This document shows positions 59,431-63,526 of a DNA stretch of 63,526 nucleotides, in pieces (position 1 is the first letter of the stretch; each line of letters begins with the position of its first letter). The stretch spans positions 1 to 63,526 of the forward strand of contig JBDRIL010000005.1 of NCBI GenBank assembly GCA_043815885.1. The letters are read 5' to 3'. The notes beneath the pieces are model-generated. The model worked only from the letters and a program-made list of their open reading frames with translations. It was not told where the DNA came from and did no database searches. A program made the position numbers and the translations under genes. The DNA is from an archaeon. GTDB taxonomy: Archaea > Iainarchaeota > Iainarchaeia > Iainarchaeales > 1-14-0-10-31-34.

Positions 59431-59442
59431 GTTAAGCATAAC
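59431..59442 (+). promoter_or_regulatory. Imperfect palindrome GTTAAGCATAAC abutting a TATA-like ACATTTTTAAG upstream of ribK (candidate operator)
   Basis: 10 of 12 positions are self-complementary. Lies ~32 nt upstream of the 59474 ATG. Speculative. Confidence 0.2.
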
Positions 59443-59473
59443 ATTTTTAAGTAGATTCTTCCCTTCTTCTTAT

Positions 59474-60136
59474 ATGCTTGATGAAAAGAATCTCTCCCTT
59501 TTAATTTACCTTGCAAAGAAAACCTCTCTCACCAATTCCCTGAAAACCTCTACCTCAAGAATTGCTTCCGATTTAGCTCTTTCACAGCAATCCATTTCAA
59601 GAAAATTAAACTCCCTAACCAGACAAAAATTAATCAATTCTTTTGTTGCTCCTTCTGGCTACACAATCTCCCTCTCCAGAAAAGGAATTGTTCTCCTGAA
59701 AGAAAGGCATTCTGAATTGGATTCCCTCTTTAAAGGAAAAAAACCCCTGGAAAAAAAACTGCTCGGAACAGTAAAAAAGGGAGTTGGAGACGGAAAATAT
59801 TATACTTCCCTCACCCTCTACAAAAAACAATTCCAGGAAAAGCTTGGAATGGATGTTTTTCCCGGAACCCTTAACCTTAAAGTGGATGAAATTGAACTGG
59901 ATTCCTTTCTCTCACAGGCAAGATTCATTCCTATTGATGGCTTCCCAACCAAAGAAAGAAATTTCGGTTCAGGAAAAGCAGTAAAGGTAAAGGTAAACGG
60001 AAAACTTCCTTCAGCCATATTCTTTCCTGAAAGAAGCATTTACGGAAAGGAGATAATTGAATTAATCTCTTCCATTCAACTCAAAAAATCCCTTGGCTTA
60101 AAAGAGGGAGGCAAGCTCTCCCTTACTTTGGATTGA
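59474..60136 (+). CDS. ribK: wHTH-fused CTP-dependent riboflavin kinase (RbkR-like regulator/kinase)
   Basis: 220 aa. N-terminal wHTH (TSRIASDLALSQQSISRKLNSL), then the archaeal riboflavin kinase pattern KLGMDVFPGTLNLKVDE...GKAVKVKVNG...AIFFPERS. Confidence 0.75.
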   Translation: MLDEKNLSLLIYLAKKTSLTNSLKTSTSRIASDLALSQQSISRKLNSLTRQKLINSFVAPSGYTISLSRKGIVLLKERHSELDSLFKGKKPLEKKLLGTVKKGVGDGKYYTSLTLYKKQFQEKLGMDVFPGTLNLKVDEIELDSFLSQARFIPIDGFPTKERNFGSGKAVKVKVNGKLPSAIFFPERSIYGKEIIELISSIQLKKSLGLKEGGKLSLTLD

Positions 60137-60607
<471 letters not shown>

Positions 60608-60628
60608 TTATATAAAGGAGGAAATAAA

Positions 60629-61033
60629 ATGAAGTTAGGAATGGTTGTATCAGAGTTCCATTACGATATAACTTCTTTAATGGAACAAAGAGCATTGGAA
60701 CACGCTAAATTCCTTGGCGCAACAGTTTTTGAAACAATAAAGGTTCCAGGCTGTTATGACATGCCTCTGGCAGTAAAAAAACTTTTGGAGGAAAAAGACA
60801 TAGAAGGAGTAGTAACCATTGGAACAGTGATTAAAGGCGCTACCTCTCATGACGAGGTCGTTGCTTCCCAGACCGCCAGAAAATTAATGGATTTATCCAT
60901 TGACTACAACAAACCTGTTTCCCTTGGAATCTCTGGCCCAAATATCAGCAGACCTCAGGCCCAAGAAAGAGTCAATGAATATGCTGAAAGAGCAGTTGAA
61001 TCAGTAGTAAAAATGATCAAGAGAGGAAAGTAA
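60629..61033 (+). CDS. ribH: 6,7-dimethyl-8-ribityllumazine synthase
   Basis: 134 aa. [10 protein letters not shown]...[15 protein letters not shown]...[18 protein letters not shown]...GISGPN. GGAGG lies upstream. Confidence 0.8.
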   Translation: MKLGMVVSEFHYDITSLMEQRALEHAKFLGATVFETIKVPGCYDMPLAVKKLLEEKDIEGVVTIGTVIKGATSHDEVVASQTARKLMDLSIDYNKPVSLGISGPNISRPQAQERVNEYAERAVESVVKMIKRGK

Positions 61034-61041
61034 ACTTTCCT

Positions 61042-61221
61042 CTACTTAAATGTAACAAAGTAGATGTCCCCAAAAATGTAAAGGAAAAACACAATAACTG
61101 TAGGGACAGCAAAGAAGGTTTCCTTCACTAAATATATTCCTTGGATGTGAAAAAAGGCCAGGCCTACATAAACAACTCCAATTATTGTGAGAGCAGTTAC
61201 TGCTCTTTTAATTAACCCCAT
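61042..61221 (-). CDS. Small hydrophobic membrane protein (59 aa), paralog of 61590-61793
   Basis: Not in the track. Hand translation gives MGLIKRAVTALTIIGVVYVGLAFFHIQGIYLVKETFFAVPTVIVFFLYIFGDIYFVTFK*. Shares MGxIxR...GxxY(I/V)G...QGIY...FF with the 67-aa ORF. Confidence 0.45.
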   Translation of the reverse strand: MGLIKRAVTALTIIGVVYVGLAFFHIQGIYLVKETFFAVPTVIVFFLYIFGDIYFVTFK

Positions 61222-61227
61222 TTTCCT

Positions 61228-61593
61228 CTACCCCATCATAAAGAAATTAAATGCAATTATCATTATCACGAACTGGATTTCTGAAAGCAATGGCAGCTTA
61301 TCCTTTAATCCCTCTACCTGTTCCGCGAATGCAAATATAATCATTTTTGAAATATAGTAAATGAACAGGAATCCCCCTGCCAATATCGCTATGTCTATGC
61401 TATTATAGAAATCCAATATGAACCAAACAGTAACAGAAAAAATAATGAAGAATTTAATTGACTTCCATCCAGGAAAGAAATACCAGCAAATCATAAAGAA
61501 TATGAATGTCCAGAGTATATTGCTCATTATAATGTTAATTACCCAACCGACATCAAAATTCATTATTGCCTGCAAAAACTCAAACGAAATCAT
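61228..61593 (-). CDS. Hypothetical 4-TM membrane protein, paralog of 61805-62167
   Basis: 121 aa. Shares DV(S/G)W.I...M.N.LW.FIF...PG.K...FAE.V.GL...LP...QF with its paralog. Confidence 0.5.
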   Translation of the reverse strand: MISFEFLQAIMNFDVGWVINIIMSNILWTFIFFMICWYFFPGWKSIKFFIIFSVTVWFILDFYNSIDIAILAGGFLFIYYISKMIIFAFAEQVEGLKDKLPLLSEIQFVIMIIAFNFFMMG

Positions 61594-61793
61594 TTCTTAT
61601 TCCCCTTTTTCTCCAATGGATATAATGACATTAAAGAAAACATCAGTACAAACAAGAAAGTGTTAAATACTGCCAATGAACTAAAGAAACCTTCTCCAAA
61701 TATATAAATTCCCTGCGAGTCAAGCATGATGACTCCTATGTAAAGCCCTGCAGTAATCAATGCTGAATTTGTTACTCGGCTTATTACTCCCAT
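61590..61793 (-). CDS. Small hydrophobic membrane protein (67 aa)
   Basis: Two predicted TMs. Has a 4-nt overlap with the downstream 121-aa gene. Confidence 0.5.
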   Translation of the reverse strand: MGVISRVTNSALITAGLYIGVIMLDSQGIYIFGEGFFSSLAVFNTFLFVLMFSLMSLYPLEKKGNKK

Positions 61794-61804
61794 TTTTTTC
61801 TCCT

Positions 61805-62167
61805 CTACACCAAAAACATGTTAAAGATAAATAACACTACAATGAATTGCATTACAGTAATGAAAGGCAAGTAATTCTCCAATCCCTTCACGTTCTCAGC
61901 AAACACCAATACAGCTACCCTTGAAACATAGTTCACAAAGAAAAATAATCCAACCAAGTACAACCATCCAACAGAGGCAGTCCAATCAACTACAATAAGT
62001 ACAGTGCATGCAACAATAAAGAAATAAATGACTCTTTTCTTTCCTGGGGCAAAAAGGAATGCAAGAAGAATAAATATGAATACCCAAAGCAAATTATCCA
62101 TGAACGCATGGATAAACCAACTGACATCTAAGCCGACTATGGCGCTGAGTAGGTCTATGCTGAACAT
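61805..62167 (-). CDS. Hypothetical 4-TM membrane protein
   Basis: 120 aa. First gene of the duplicated two-gene cassette. Confidence 0.5.
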   Translation of the reverse strand: MFSIDLLSAIVGLDVSWFIHAFMDNLLWVFIFILLAFLFAPGKKRVIYFFIVACTVLIVVDWTASVGWLYLVGLFFFVNYVSRVAVLVFAENVKGLENYLPFITVMQFIVVLFIFNMFLV

Positions 62168-62239
62168 AGCATATACATATTATGTAGAAGCTAGTATTTA
62201 ATGTTAACTTTTTAACTAAAAAACGTTAATTTTAGCCTT

Positions 62240-63016
62240 TTACAGCACAAAAGCCATCACTAGATAGATGGCTGCAAAGATAAAGCAAAACAAGGAAAAA
62301 TTGATTCTTCTGGCTGCCCTTATAAATAAATCCATTGAAATCAATCCAATCACTGCAGCAATTATTATTGAAATAATTAAATTCAATTCAAATTCTATTG
62401 TTTCGACCAACCCAAATCCAATCTCTGCAATTAATACTGATGGAATGGATAGCAGGAAACTCAACCTGAATGCCTTTTCCGGAGTAAATCCTTCAAAAAG
62501 CATTACTGAAGTTGTTACTCCGCTTCTGCTTATCCCTGGCAGTACACTGAACCCCTGCCCCAACCCTAAAAACAATGCATTCCTTTTATTCATTTCTCCT
62601 TCTCTCCCGCTTTTTGCCTTCAGCTGAATCACTCCAGTTACAATCAGGAATAATGCTATTGCAATCATTAATGCAAAACCGCTCTCTAAAATATTCGTTA
62701 AAAGCAGATAGGAGGGAATTGCCGTAATCGCACTTGCTATTACTGCTATCCCTAGAAAATTCCTCAGCTTCTTTTCCTTTAATTCAATTAATTCCTTCAA
62801 TTCTTTCCTGAAATAAATTACTGCCGCAATAAGCGTTCCAATATGCAGGAATATAGAGTAACTCAGTGCCTTTCCCATTGGAATATTAAACAATGCCAAT
62901 GCTGCTATCGTTACCTGTCCCTGGCTGCTTATTGGAAGCCATTCAGTTATTCCTTGAATTAAGCCTAAAATTATTGCCTGAATTAAGTCCATTGGAATAT
63001 TAAAAGCAAAAAACAA
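62240..63016 (-). CDS. uppP: Undecaprenyl-diphosphate phosphatase (UppP/BacA family)
   Basis: 258 aa. GLIQGITEWLPISSQGQ...GLGQGFSVLPGISRSG. Confidence 0.85.
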   Translation of the reverse strand: MFFAFNIPMDLIQAIILGLIQGITEWLPISSQGQVTIAALALFNIPMGKALSYSIFLHIGTLIAAVIYFRKELKELIELKEKKLRNFLGIAVIASAITAIPSYLLLTNILESGFALMIAIALFLIVTGVIQLKAKSGREGEMNKRNALFLGLGQGFSVLPGISRSGVTTSVMLFEGFTPEKAFRLSFLLSIPSVLIAEIGFGLVETIEFELNLIISIIIAAVIGLISMDLFIRAARRINFSLFCFIFAAIYLVMAFVL

Positions 63017-63084
63017 TTAAAAAACAGTTTCTATTCAAAAAATAAAACTTAATAATAAGTTCGTCCTATTTTTATTGGATTCAA

Positions 63085-63526
63085 ATGAAACACGCTTTAG
63101 TATTGATTTCCCTGCTGTTTTTTTCTTTGAATGCATTTGCTGAGACAGATTTTGCCTACAAAGGACTTCCAGGATTCAATAACCTGACTTCTTTCATTAC
63201 TCTCCAGCTTGCAGGGAACTGGATCATTCAAATAATTTTAGTAATAGCTGCAATAATTGCAGTATTATTCTTTTTATTCAAGAAAGGGATAATCCGAAAA
63301 ATCGGAGAGGAAAGAGTGATGGGAGACACCGCTTTTGGAAAAAGCAGTGGCGCAAAAGCTGAAGCCATTGAAAAAAGCAGTGGCGCAAAAGAAGAAGAAA
63401 TTGAAGAAGAACTCCCTGAACTATCTGAAGAATCAGAGGAAGAACTCCCGGAAGAAGTTCCTGAAGAACCCGCAGAGAAAGAACCGGAAATAGAAAAGCC
63501 TTTTAAGGAAAAAGCTCCAATAGATA
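63085..63526 (+). CDS. Hypothetical membrane protein (signal/TM + TM, acidic tail), 3'-truncated; carries the in-frame repeat
   Basis: Not in the track (no stop). From the ATG at 63085: MKHALVLISLLFFSLNAFAETDFAYKGLPGF...IILVIAAIIAVLFFLF...MGDTAFGKSSGAKAEAIEKSSGAKEEEIEEELPE... Confidence 0.5.
   Translation, partial: MKHALVLISLLFFSLNAFAETDFAYKGLPGFNNLTSFITLQLAGNWIIQIILVIAAIIAVLFFLFKKGIIRKIGEERVMGDTAFGKSSGAKAEAIEKSSGAKEEEIEEELPELSEESEEELPEEVPEEPAEKEPEIEKPFKEKAPID
63325..63392 (+). repeat. In-frame palindromic-core repeat (duplicated core) in a non-ribosomal membrane protein
   Basis: gacaccgcttttggaaaaagcagtggcgcaaaagctgaagccattgaaaaaagcagtggcgcaaaag. It is nearly identical to the reverse complement of 25012-25080. 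Confidence 0.85.

Overview
This is an AT-rich archaeal chromosomal segment. The evidence is split RNA polymerase A'/A'' and B'/B'' subunits, aIF2-gamma, aIF5B, aEF-1alpha/aEF-2, L7Ae, and eS/eL ribosomal proteins. The very compact layout and the many Lys/Glu-rich protein tails suggest a small-genome, DPANN-like lineage, but that is inference only. About 90% of the window is the classical archaeal information-processing superclusters, nearly all on the minus strand:
- aIF2gamma-PIN-Rpo7-Spt4-eS24-eS31
- L7Ae-eS28-eL24-Ndk-dUTPase-aIF5B-eS6
- uS2-RpoN-uS9-uL13-eL18-tRNALeu-RpoD-uS11-uS4-uS13
- eL14-Cmk-eL34-DUF106-SecY, followed by the full uL15...uL3 (spc/S10) operon, including SUI1 and RNase P Rpp29
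- RpoH-B''-B'-A'-A''-eL30-NusA-uS12-uS7-EF2-EF1a-uS10

The accessory content is:
- a three-gene secreted/surface island (35.0-40.5 kb)
- RtcB with archease
- a riboflavin mini-operon (RbkR-like ribK, ribC, ribH)
- a tandemly duplicated pair of small membrane-protein genes next to uppP

The most unusual signals:
1. A DNA-level repeat family with a palindromic core sits in-frame in the terminal extensions of five ribosomal proteins (uS9, uS4, eL32, uL24, uS3). It translates to (E/D)(N/T)TAFxKSSGAK. A near-identical copy lies in an unrelated membrane protein at the window end. This resembles in-frame palindromic elements such as the Rickettsia RPEs.
2. A 505-aa LAGLIDADG intein interrupts the invariant ETPxG/CGLVKNL motif of RNA polymerase subunit B''.
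3. A secreted protein is about 40% tyrosine. It is flanked by a Cys-bracketed repeat surface protein and an M64-like metallopeptidase.

Three genes missing from the supplied ORF track were recovered by hand: purM (partial), the short zinc-type uS14, and a 59-aa membrane-protein paralog. A partial gene at the 3' edge was also recovered. All product calls rest on recognising motifs in the translations. No database search was run.
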